A stretch of 24,437 nt of DNA, taken from positions 1 to 24,437 of the IMG/VR virus record IMGVR_UViG_3300028599_000022. One strand, given 5' to 3'. Shown in pieces: positions 1 through 7,583 of this stretch. This DNA comes from a virus. Its lineage: Duplodnaviria; Caudoviricetes. The position numbers and the translations under genes were made by a program. Positions within the stretch are counted from its first letter, which is position 1. Every line of letters starts with the position of its first letter. Below the pieces are notes generated by a model. It had not been told where the DNA came from, ran no database searches, and saw nothing but the letters and a program-made list of their open reading frames with translations.

Positions 1-273
1 TTGCCAGCCGTGGAACCTGTAGGTTTTTTCTGGCCCACCTTCGGCCGTGAGGTTCTGATAGCCGTTCTCCGGATTCTGCGGGTCATACACTGTCACGTAG
101 CCGTACGGCCCGCGAAGGCCGAAATTCGAGATAGCCACCAGGTCGATGTCGGGCGCATGCTCGAGCATCTCGTAGTTGAAGCCGCTCCGAGGTGCTTCGC
201 CGTTGTCGACCCAGGTGCCGAGGTAGCCTTCGGCGTCCGGCGTGCCATCGCCAGGATCGAAGGACCAGAGCCG
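1..273 (+). repeat. Terminal overlap, left copy
   Basis: Matches 24165-24437 without gaps. Mismatches at 100, 106, 112, 181, 193, 196, 208-210, 223 and 238; first 99 bp and last 35 bp identical. Confidence 0.97.
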
Positions 274-1248
274 CGGCGAAGATGTTGGGCGACCGGTGGC
301 GCCTACTGGATCGGGGACGCCCCAGAGGATGCCGCGATTGTGATCCCAGCCCGACCCAATGTATTCGGTCAGGTTGCACATGGGATCCTCGTTGTAGGTG
401 TCCATGCTGCGACAAGCCGCGTCCGGCATGCGCGCTAGTTCCCACTGCGACGTGGGTAGCTGGGAAGCCGTCAGGTCCAGCACGTGCGTCCTGAACGGCT
501 GCATCTGGATATTGCTGATCGGGTTTATGCTGCTGGTGCTCTCGGCCGAGCGCTGGATCGCAAGCCAGATGCCGCGCTCGTCCTCCATTACCTCGATCGA
601 GTCCGAATGGTGCGCCGGGCGGATGTAGCGCTCGGGCCCGGGATAGACACCCTCGAGTGAAGCCGAGCTCCCGAGGTCGTCGCCAGCGTAGGGCGCGCTC
701 AGTCGCGTCCATAGCTGAGAGGTCAGGTCGAATCCGTAGATCTCAGAGCCGGCGTAGCTGTAGTGCCCACCGCAGGCGCCCATAATGTACGTGCCAGCGG
801 CACCCAGTAGCCGCGAGAACGTCGCGCCGCACCAGGACGAGATGATGTCCTTAAAGCCGGCGCTGGCCCATATGCCGGTGTCGCAGGTCGAGCCCGGGCC
901 GCCTAGCTCTTTACCGGCGCAGACATCCGCCGGCTTGTTCAGGGAGGCTATCTGCCACTCGCCTACCGTCAGGCCGGACACCCAATCGGGCGCCATACGT
1001 GTGCCCCAGGGATGATCGCCTGGCCCTGGCTCGGGCGGCTCGATTGGCGGAATGACTGGGGGAACGCCAGGATCAATCGGCGTTGCTTGAATCGTCGTGG
1101 AGAACTCTTCCCCGGCCTCGTTGGTCATGGTGCCGGTGAAGGTGCTGGTCTGTGCTTCGCTGGCTGCGATGAACAGTAGCGCGATCGCTCCAGCCACCAC
1201 AGCTACCCCGACCATCCGACCAGCGGCAAAGGTTGCCGCTTCCTGCAT
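1..1248 (-). CDS. 5' part of an 862-aa exported protein (signal peptide, Pro-rich linker, putative beta-propeller); continues across the circular junction
   Basis: Hand translation from ATG 1248 has no stop to base 1: MQEAATFAAGRMVGVAVVAGAIALLFIAASEAQTST...PPVIPPIEPPEPGP...CGGHYSYAGSEIYGFDLTSQLWTRLSAP... Position 168 equals 24332, in frame with ORF 22824-24332. Absent from the ORF track because it has no stop inside the window. Confidence 0.9.
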   Translation of the reverse strand, partial: MQEAATFAAGRMVGVAVVAGAIALLFIAASEAQTSTFTGTMTNEAGEEFSTTIQATPIDPGVPPVIPPIEPPEPGPGDHPWGTRMAPDWVSGLTVGEWQIASLNKPADVCAGKELGGPGSTCDTGIWASAGFKDIISSWCGATFSRLLGAAGTYIMGACGGHYSYAGSEIYGFDLTSQLWTRLSAPYAGDDLGSSASLEGVYPGPERYIRPAHHSDSIEVMEDERGIWLAIQRSAESTSSINPISNIQMQPFRTHVLDLTASQLPTSQWELARMPDAACRSMDTYNEDPMCNLTEYIGSGWDHNRGILWGVPDPVGATGRPTSSPRLWSFDPGDGTPDAEGYLGTWVDNGEAPRSGFNYEMLEHAPDIDLVAISNFGLRGPYGYVTVYDPQNPENGYQNLTAEGGPEKTYRFHGWQ

Positions 1249-1268
1249 TTCTCGATCTCTGATTAACT

Positions 1269-1478
1269 TCATACTACCTCCCTGGCCCCGACCACCGGGG
1301 CTTCGTGGATGTCTGTAGCTAGGATGTCGGCTAGACGCCGCGTCGGCGCGCCGATGGACTTGTATCTTTCGAGTTGCTGTGCGAGCAGAACAACGGTCGC
1401 GCCCCTGCCATGACGGTCCTCGTACACGCGTAGCAGGTCAAGGAGCTCCGCTGCGTAAATCTTGGTCTGCTCGTCCAT
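1269..1478 (-). CDS. Hypothetical protein (69 aa)
   Basis: TAATG stop/start coupling with the upstream lipoprotein gene; fills the gap in the late operon. Confidence 0.7.
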   Translation of the reverse strand: MDEQTKIYAAELLDLLRVYEDRHGRGATVVLLAQQLERYKSIGAPTRRLADILATDIHEAPVVGAREVV

Positions 1479-1789
1479 TACTGGACCACCAGATCGGCGC
1501 CGTCCATGCCAGCTTCGACCTTGGTCCCATCGCTACAGGTTATATTGGAGTGAAGCGATCCGGTGAACGCAGCCGCAGCCGCAGCCTGCTGAGTGAGGAT
1601 ATCTGCGTCCGCACCCCCGTTGGCGGCCTTGCTGTCACCGCGCTGGACGTCGCAGTCCACCGCAACGGTCAGGACGTTGACCCTCTCGATGCGCGTGCAG
1701 CCGCTAACGCTTGCCGCGAGAATCAGTATGGACAACAGGCGCGGGATTGAGGCGCCCTTCGAGCTTCGAGATCCGGTCGCGTAATACAC
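1478..1789 (-). CDS. Lipoprotein, candidate o-spanin (Rz1-like)
   Basis: Hydrophobic stretch ending in a lipobox (LLSILILAASVSG-C); GTG start inside the upstream TM gene in another frame. Confidence 0.55.
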   Translation of the reverse strand: MYYATGSRSSKGASIPRLLSILILAASVSGCTRIERVNVLTVAVDCDVQRGDSKAANGGADADILTQQAAAAAAFTGSLHSNITCSDGTKVEAGMDGADLVVQ

Positions 1790-1928
1790 TGCGTTCTCTT
1801 GCTCCTTCTCTGAGTTCTTCGATTACGATGACGGCGAATCCTCCGAGCACCGCAAACGCTGCCGCGGCGAGTGTGGCTGCGACGGTCGGGTTGACCGTTC
1901 CCCTGCATTTCCTGGGCAAGGGGCGCAT
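1704..1928 (-). CDS. Single-TM protein with coiled coil, candidate i-spanin (Rz-like)
   Basis: Basic N-terminus, TM segment VAATLAAAAFAVLGGFAVIVI, then helical EELREGARERSVLRDRISKLEGRL. Starts 1 nt after the previous stop and overlaps the lipoprotein gene by 86 bp. Confidence 0.5.
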   Translation of the reverse strand: MRPLPRKCRGTVNPTVAATLAAAAFAVLGGFAVIVIEELREGARERSVLRDRISKLEGRLNPAPVVHTDSRGKR

Positions 1929-1929
1929 C

Positions 1930-2265
1930 TCATGGACGCACTTCCATATAGAAGCGCTCGGTGAAGAATTGATCGTCCGACGTCGGCGCCTGGCACAGAA
2001 ACCAGATGATCGAAAACTCGGTACCCGCCGTGATCTGAATCAGCACCGTGTCGCCATCATTGGAGATCCCAGGGGCACCGAGCAGCACGTCTCCCGTGAT
2101 GTCGTTTCCCGACGTGTCTTCGGCCGTGACCGTTAGCGAACCGTGCAGGTTGGAGGAGACGATCACCGTACCAGCAGGCAATGGATACTCGGTGTAGTCG
2201 ATGCCGAAGAACAGCGTCTCGTCGGCACGCTTCCAAGGGATCGGCTGAGGCTTGAATTCGGCCAT
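1930..2265 (-). CDS. Phage fibre-tail adaptor-like protein (111 aa)
   Basis: TGATG coupling at 2265; the KRADETLFFGIDY..PLPAGTVIVSS pattern resembles the K-x-P-x-E-x-x-D-Y-x-x-D-W adaptor family that accompanies fibre genes. Confidence 0.6.
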   Translation of the reverse strand: MAEFKPQPIPWKRADETLFFGIDYTEYPLPAGTVIVSSNLHGSLTVTAEDTSGNDITGDVLLGAPGISNDGDTVLIQITAGTEFSIIWFLCQAPTSDDQFFTERFYMEVRP

Positions 2266-2747
2266 CAGGCGAACTCGACGTTGATGGTCCCCTGATCGTT
2301 GGGATCGTTGAGCGCAGCCGCACTGACGACGCGTCGAATCCACAGCCGCGCATAGCTGCCGATCGGGATGTCCGGGAAAGTCAGACGCGAGCCGGTCAGA
2401 TGATGAGCGAACGTCACGGCCGCCGGCGGCGTGGACTCGTCGGCAATGGATAGAGTCGAATCGATCGGCGAGGCTTCCAGCCCGAAATCGAGCTGCGTGT
2501 CGGTCGAAGTAGTCTCCGGCCCCATGAAGCCCTCGGTGGACGTGCTGCTTGCGTCGCCGCTGTTGAACACGTCGATGGCCCGGTACTCCATGTCGCCGCT
2601 GGTCGCTTCGCCCGGCGTCACGTTGTCGAAGATGTTGTTGAGCGCGGTACCGCTTACGGTGACGCTCGAGCGCACCCCGCCAAGCGATGCATTCGGATCG
2701 CTGTTGGACGCGCCGCCAGTCAGGTGATAATCAAGAATTGCAGCCAT
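2265..2747 (-). CDS. Conserved virion structural protein (160 aa)
   Basis: LTGGASNSDPNASLGG...NNIFDNVTPGEATSGDMEYRAI..N...LWIRR is a pattern I recognise from phage fibre-region proteins; GGAGG SD upstream. Confidence 0.75.
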   Translation of the reverse strand: MAAILDYHLTGGASNSDPNASLGGVRSSVTVSGTALNNIFDNVTPGEATSGDMEYRAIDVFNSGDASSTSTEGFMGPETTSTDTQLDFGLEASPIDSTLSIADESTPPAAVTFAHHLTGSRLTFPDIPIGSYARLWIRRVVSAAALNDPNDQGTINVEFA

Positions 2748-2757
2748 TTACTTCCTC

Positions 2758-3972
2758 CTAGCGCTGTCGCGCAAACCACTTGATGCTACGTTGGCGCACC
2801 TTCCAGACTGCGGTCGGGATAACCTCGAGCACCCCGATCCGCCAGGCCGTGTTCCGTGCGGCCGTGTTGAAGATTTTCCAGGCTGTGGCCGTGAAAGCGT
2901 CCGTCTTGACCCGCCAGGCCGTCTGCTGCGCCTTGAGCGCCCGCACACGCCACGCTGTCGCCGCGGAGGCGGTCATGCGCCCGACAATCGCCCACGCGGT
3001 GTCACGGGCCAACTGAGCCCTCACACGCCATGCCGTCGCCTGACTCGAGCTGGTGGCGATCCGCCAGGCCGTGTTGATCGTGAGCAGCCCAGAGGAGAGG
3101 ATTTGCCAGGCGGTCGCCACCGTCCGGGCCGTGCGCACGCGCCACGCCGTGGCCTGCGCCAGGAGTGTCCTGACGCGCCACGACGTGTCCTGAGGCGCCG
3201 ACGTCAGGATCCGCCAGGCGGTGGTCGCTTGCAGGCTGGTCGCGATCTGGATCTGCCAGGCCGTCACCTTCGCCTGGATGTTCCTGATCCGCCACGCGGT
3301 CGCGGTCGCAACCGATGTCAGCACCCGCCAGGCCGTGTCCTGCGGTAGCTGGTTAAGGATTCGCCAGGCCGTGTCCACCGTCGCCGAGATGGGCGCACCG
3401 CCGACCTGAGTGATCCGGATCGAGCCCCAGATCGGATAGGTGCCGGAGCTCTGCTCGAGCTTGATCTCGATGTAGCCGACCACACCGGTGATCAACACCG
3501 GGCTCAAGATCTCTTCGTTCAGCCAATCGCTACCAGCCGCGAGAACGTATGCTTTACCGTTGATGTCGTAACGGCTGAGACTTGATGCGCTATCCGACTC
3601 CGCCGTTGCGGAGTGAGCGACGACGCCATCCTTCCACACCTCGAAAACCGTCAGCGGGGTGCCGGAGTGAACCTTGCCGGCGCTGATCCATACGGTGAAG
3701 TCACCGGGCCCGGTGTCGACTCGGAACACCGAGGTCTCGACCACGGCGCGATACATGAAGCCACCGAAGCGCAACGGGTCAGCGGAGTTATCAACTCCGA
3801 AGACAGGGACCGGTGTTACCCAGCCGCAGGTGTTGGTGAGCCCGTTACCGTTGGTGCGAGGTGTTGGGTGGACCGGGAGCGGATCGCCAAGCAGTAGCCG
3901 TACGTCCTCGTCGTCGATCGGATCTGCCGATCGAGCGTCGGGACACATTACGACTCCCCATGGGAACGGCAT
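2758..3972 (-). CDS. Putative fibre protein: N-terminal carbohydrate-binding-like domain plus C-terminal TAW[RQK][IV] repeat shaft
   Basis: 404 aa, AGGAG SD, 15 TAW/TSW repeats plus one degenerate. N-terminal CGW...DPLRFGG...FRVDTGPGDFTVWISAG resembles galactose-binding-like beta-sandwiches. Confidence 0.75.
   Translation of the reverse strand: MPFPWGVVMCPDARSADPIDDEDVRLLLGDPLPVHPTPRTNGNGLTNTCGWVTPVPVFGVDNSADPLRFGGFMYRAVVETSVFRVDTGPGDFTVWISAGKVHSGTPLTVFEVWKDGVVAHSATAESDSASSLSRYDINGKAYVLAAGSDWLNEEILSPVLITGVVGYIEIKLEQSSGTYPIWGSIRITQVGGAPISATVDTAWRILNQLPQDTAWRVLTSVATATAWRIRNIQAKVTAWQIQIATSLQATTAWRILTSAPQDTSWRVRTLLAQATAWRVRTARTVATAWQILSSGLLTINTAWRIATSSSQATAWRVRAQLARDTAWAIVGRMTASAATAWRVRALKAQQTAWRVKTDAFTATAWKIFNTAARNTAWRIGVLEVIPTAVWKVRQRSIKWFARQR
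2797..3372 (-). repeat. Coding repeat array, 36/42-bp period (TAWxx repeats)
   Basis: Recurrent CGCCAGGCCGT / CGCCACGC on the plus strand; peptide unit lengths 12,12,12,14,12,12,12,14,12,12,14,12,12,12,12. Confidence 0.9.
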
Positions 3973-3986
3973 CTCTTATGACTCCT

Positions 3987-4562
3987 TCATCCTGGAGGAC
4001 AATCCACTACTTCCAACAAGCCATTGACCCATGTCATCGGCCAAGCGCTTAGCGAGAACCCCAAGTCTGGAGCATTGGGCATCTCTATAGTTTGCGCAAT
4101 AGTGACGGGATCGTTGTTTTGCCATAGCGCGCGCAGATAATTTTCGTAGATGGCGAACCCCGATCCCTTGTCGATACTCGCTCCGCCCATAAAAGCCTTT
4201 ATCCCAGTTGATTCCACGCATTGAATTGGCGACGCAGCGATAAATGCCGGGATCGACAAGGTCTGCGTTCCCTGGCGGAAACTGAAGCCGAGCAATTGGT
4301 CCGGAGTGAAGAATGAGCCGTCAACCATGTTAACGTTGATTCTCCATCTATTACCCCCGCCTCCAACGCCACCACCAGAATCAAAATGAATTCCGGATGT
4401 GCAAGTCAATGGATTATGCGATCCGTAACGATTCTCCGGAGTTATCGGTTGAATTTGCAAATTCGCATTCCATTGACTGCATGGCGGCGCCTCTTCCTCA
4501 CTATCAAACGCTCCCTTCGGAGAGCGCACAAACGATGCCTTATCACTCCGCAGGCGCGTCAT
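3987..4562 (-). CDS. Putative tail-tip / receptor-binding protein (191 aa)
   Basis: ATGA coupling with the upstream tail gene; visibly lower GC than its neighbours; position at the end of the tail-tip genes. Confidence 0.6.
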   Translation of the reverse strand: MTRLRSDKASFVRSPKGAFDSEEEAPPCSQWNANLQIQPITPENRYGSHNPLTCTSGIHFDSGGGVGGGGNRWRINVNMVDGSFFTPDQLLGFSFRQGTQTLSIPAFIAASPIQCVESTGIKAFMGGASIDKGSGFAIYENYLRALWQNNDPVTIAQTIEMPNAPDLGFSLSAWPMTWVNGLLEVVDCPPG

Positions 4563-4999
4563 GCGACCTTAGCCCACTGCCGCCCATCGATGTTCATATC
4601 GATCCAGAACGTCCCTATGTTCTGAACCACGATCAGATCCCCTACAACGTAATTCGGCGTGAGCTGCTGATTTTCAGTCCCGTCAGCAACCCTTGTATTG
4701 ATGTTGGAGTAACTGTATGTGACACCCTGTCGCGCCGCCTCATTGAACGTTTGCGGTAACTCGATGGTGTACTCAGGCGCGCTAGGGTTGGCGCTTTGAC
4801 CTGCGGGGATACAAGTGAGGTTCGCCAGGTTTAAAATCTTGATCTCCAACAGCACCGCGCGCGCTTGCGCTTTGGTCGTAACCCGGACCCGCCCCTTCGA
4901 CTCTTGCGCTGATTCACGGGTAGCACGAATGATGTCGCGCATATCTCGCGCGCTGATACGTGAGCCGCGAGAGGGTAGCTTGGTCGTTGTGATACTCAT
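4559..4999 (-). CDS. Minor tail / tail-tip protein (146 aa)
   Basis: ATGA coupling on both sides; C-terminal QQLTPNYVVGDLI...WIDMNIDGRQW; second gene after the TMP. Confidence 0.7.
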   Translation of the reverse strand: MSITTTKLPSRGSRISARDMRDIIRATRESAQESKGRVRVTTKAQARAVLLEIKILNLANLTCIPAGQSANPSAPEYTIELPQTFNEAARQGVTYSYSNINTRVADGTENQQLTPNYVVGDLIVVQNIGTFWIDMNIDGRQWAKVA

Positions 5000-5778
5000 C
5001 CGAACGTGATGTTGAGTGGCAAGAAACTGATCAGCTCATACGGCGAGACGCTAGCCAACTGCGCGCCGCTTGGCGCCGCAATCGGTTTCCCGGTGAGAAG
5101 ATCTCGGCCCACAACCTCTATTCCGTTCCAGCCTTCGGGACGTTGGATGAATACATACTGAACGTCATAGTTGTTCCCGCCAGAGACAGTATCTACGTCG
5201 ATAGTCTCAAGGCGTACCGTGCCCTGCGCGTAACCATTCCAGATCCCGAGGTTGAGGCGGTTGACGTACCCGTCCATCCGCGACTTCGGATAGTTCAGCT
5301 CCTTTCGGCGAGCCGCGATTCGCGCGCGCGCCATCGGCACCGTGACCGTTTCGCCGCGAACAACGCCATCGCTATCCTCGACCGTGATGCGAGTACCATC
5401 CCAATCCTTTTCGATCTCGACCTCCTCGGTGAAGGAAGTTACCGCGATCGACGTCACATCCTGATCATCATCGGGAGGAGGTGGCGCTGTCGCCGTTGAC
5501 GTAGAGAACGAGTATGTGAGCGCCCCGAACGCTTGGGGCAGATTGGTCTCCGGATCGCCGATCAGGCGGTCGAGCGTCTTTGCCGTGAGTGTCATCCCGA
5601 TCCATGGATCAGGAGCGACGGTGCCACGCTGAGGCAGTTCAAGCATTACCTGCTCGATCATCTCGGCCGGCGTGTCGACATCGATGCCTTGCGCACGATA
5701 CAGCCGCTCCCACGTAACGGCCGTATTAGTGCTGGTGAAGCGCGAACCGTCCAGATCGAAAGTAAACGTGATAGGCAT
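4996..5778 (-). CDS. Distal tail / hub-like minor tail protein (260 aa)
   Basis: Directly follows the TMP (TGATG overlap); beta-rich. Function assigned by synteny. Confidence 0.7.
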   Translation of the reverse strand: MPITFTFDLDGSRFTSTNTAVTWERLYRAQGIDVDTPAEMIEQVMLELPQRGTVAPDPWIGMTLTAKTLDRLIGDPETNLPQAFGALTYSFSTSTATAPPPPDDDQDVTSIAVTSFTEEVEIEKDWDGTRITVEDSDGVVRGETVTVPMARARIAARRKELNYPKSRMDGYVNRLNLGIWNGYAQGTVRLETIDVDTVSGGNNYDVQYVFIQRPEGWNGIEVVGRDLLTGKPIAAPSGAQLASVSPYELISFLPLNITFG

Positions 5779-6731
5779 CAGTCACCATACACCGCGCCGC
5801 CGCTGATAGAGCGCCGTTGCTCAATCCGGATCTGCTGGAGTTCGCGCAACTGGCGTCGCTGTAGGTCTTCCATAATGTTAGGCGTCTGCGGCGTACCGCC
5901 CGCAACAATCGTTCCGGCGCGACTGGCCAATGCTCCGATGACCCTCATGACAGGTTGAAACGCCTGCGCAGAGCGGGCACCAGCGGCGGCACGGAGTTCA
6001 CGGAAGCCTTGAACGAATCGAGAGGCCGCAGATTGGCGCCCCGCTGCATCACGGGTGACACCCAGCTCTTGAGCGCGCCCCGCAAGACCGCCGATCCCCT
6101 CGCCAGCGAATAGCCGGCCGAGGCCACCACCAAGGAGATCGCTGATTACGCCCGTTCTGACGTTGGCATCCTGAATCCCCTCGAGCGCTTCCTGGATGGC
6201 CACCAGTTGCGCAATCGGAGACTTGCCCTCGAGCTCCTTGAAGGTCACGCCAAGAAGCTGGAATTGCCGGCGCGCCTCTTCGCCGCCCTGCTTCGCGTCG
6301 AGAATGCGCTCTTGAAGCTGCTCAATCGCACCTATCAGTTGTTCCGGCGAAACGTCCTTCGCTTCAGCTATGAAGCCCAGTTGCGCCGTCTCAGCGCCGA
6401 CTAGACCGATATCCTGGCCGATACGTCGAAGTCTGTGCAACCTATCTGCCGTACGCTGGATAGCCACACCCGCGGCAGTGACCGACGATCCTATGGCAGT
6501 GACCGCCGCCGCGACGGTCGAAAGCCGACCCACGGACGACAGTGCGAAACCGACCAGCCCGCCTTTTAGGTTATCGACTCCGCGACGAGCAGCTACGAAT
6601 GCAGTGCCGGCAGTGGCAGCAAAACCAACCAGACCACCCTTTAGACGGTCGAGCCCGCGTTGCGCTGAACGAACGCCACGCTTCGTCTGGTCGTCCGCGG
6701 TAATAACATACTTCGCTTCGGCGCGAGGCAT
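5778..6731 (-). CDS. Tail tape measure protein, very short (317 aa)
   Basis: N-terminal YVITADDQTKRGVRSAQRGL typical of TMPs; Ala/Gly-rich helical; FQLLGV...KSP..QL..I.EAL core; follows the tube gene. Confidence 0.85.
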   Translation of the reverse strand: MPRAEAKYVITADDQTKRGVRSAQRGLDRLKGGLVGFAATAGTAFVAARRGVDNLKGGLVGFALSSVGRLSTVAAAVTAIGSSVTAAGVAIQRTADRLHRLRRIGQDIGLVGAETAQLGFIAEAKDVSPEQLIGAIEQLQERILDAKQGGEEARRQFQLLGVTFKELEGKSPIAQLVAIQEALEGIQDANVRTGVISDLLGGGLGRLFAGEGIGGLAGRAQELGVTRDAAGRQSAASRFVQGFRELRAAAGARSAQAFQPVMRVIGALASRAGTIVAGGTPQTPNIMEDLQRRQLRELQQIRIEQRRSISGGAVYGD

Positions 6732-7123
6732 TACGTCTGCGGCGTATCGTCAACGATGCCGTTGATCCATCCGCTGAAGTTCACCATGGCGTGCTCGCGC
6801 GGATTCTGCGGACGCTCCACCGTTTCCACGATCGCCGGGATTGAACTCTGCGGAAGACCGGAGCCGGCGCCATCGGGCTGGTAAACGATGGTCACGGACG
6901 CGCCCTTGGTCAATGCGCCCTGCCCTGTCGTATCAGTAGGATCCTGATAACAGTTGATCGTCACCGTGCCCCCCGTAAGACCCCCAAAGGCTTGTTCGTA
7001 CGCCACCCCCATCACGGTCGCGTCCATCCGCTCGACCGTCTCGCTAATGTTGACTTCGCGGATTTGCGCGATCGGCACCACACCGACCAGAACGACGCCC
7101 TTGTAACCTGTGATGTAAGACAT
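6731..7123 (-). CDS. Major tail tube protein (130 aa)
   Basis: G..G.V......IAQIREVNISET...MDATVMG......GGL.GGTVTINCY.DP.D..GQ.AL tube-protein pattern; synteny. Confidence 0.85.
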   Translation of the reverse strand: MSYITGYKGVVLVGVVPIAQIREVNISETVERMDATVMGVAYEQAFGGLTGGTVTINCYQDPTDTTGQGALTKGASVTIVYQPDGAGSGLPQSSIPAIVETVERPQNPREHAMVNFSGWINGIVDDTPQT

Positions 7124-7127
7124 TCCT

Positions 7128-7583
7128 CTATCCTATGTTGGTTTGTGGATCGCGAGCATCAGTGCGGTACTCAACGCGGTAGGTCAGAGTGAGTCGGCCC
7201 GTTGGCAGCTCCAGTTGTTCGCTGCGCTCAACCGATGTGCCTTCATACAGGATCGCGCCACACTCCCCACCTAACGAGAGATCTACACCTAGTGCTTGCT
7301 CCACGCCCAACGCGAGCGCGTCGAGCTTATCTAGATAGGTCCATCCTTCATCCATGCAGTCAATCGTGAGCTGTATTGCTCGATCGTTATTTACAACACC
7401 TCCGACCATAGTCACCATTTCAGACTCGGTCGGCAGCCATTCTTCTTCAGCCGTATGAACACCGATCGCTGGCAATGTCATCTGATCGACAGGATACGTC
7501 CGACCTGCAATCACGTTACCGTTCGCCAGGGTGGACAGCAGGGTGATTACCGCGTCTCGGATGTTTTTTCGTTGGTGTGCCAT
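7128..7583 (-). CDS. Tail terminator / tail completion protein (gpU-like)
   Basis: MAHQRKNIRDAV..LL...V..GR.YP.....LPAI.V....E...LD.LA..VE.AL pattern; precedes the tube gene. Confidence 0.8.
   Translation of the reverse strand: MAHQRKNIRDAVITLLSTLANGNVIAGRTYPVDQMTLPAIGVHTAEEEWLPTESEMVTMVGGVVNNDRAIQLTIDCMDEGWTYLDKLDALALGVEQALGVDLSLGGECGAILYEGTSVERSEQLELPTGRLTLTYRVEYRTDARDPQTNIG

Noticed and set aside
1-273. End repeats as a DGR template/variable repeat pair
   Set aside because: Mismatches are not adenine-specific on either strand, are mostly synonymous, and no reverse transcriptase is present.
83-712. ORF-track 209-aa minus ORF and 1-438 plus ORF
   Set aside because: Out of frame or antisense to the 1248-1 frame, which is supported by the synonymous substitution pattern.
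2797-3372. CRISPR array (36-bp periodicity)
   Set aside because: Units are degenerate at third codon positions and in frame in a protein; no repeat-spacer structure or cas genes.
3976-4221. Overlapping 81-aa ORF as a frameshift product of the tail-tip gene
   Set aside because: No convincing slippery site or SD; TTG start; 3987-4562 already explains the region.
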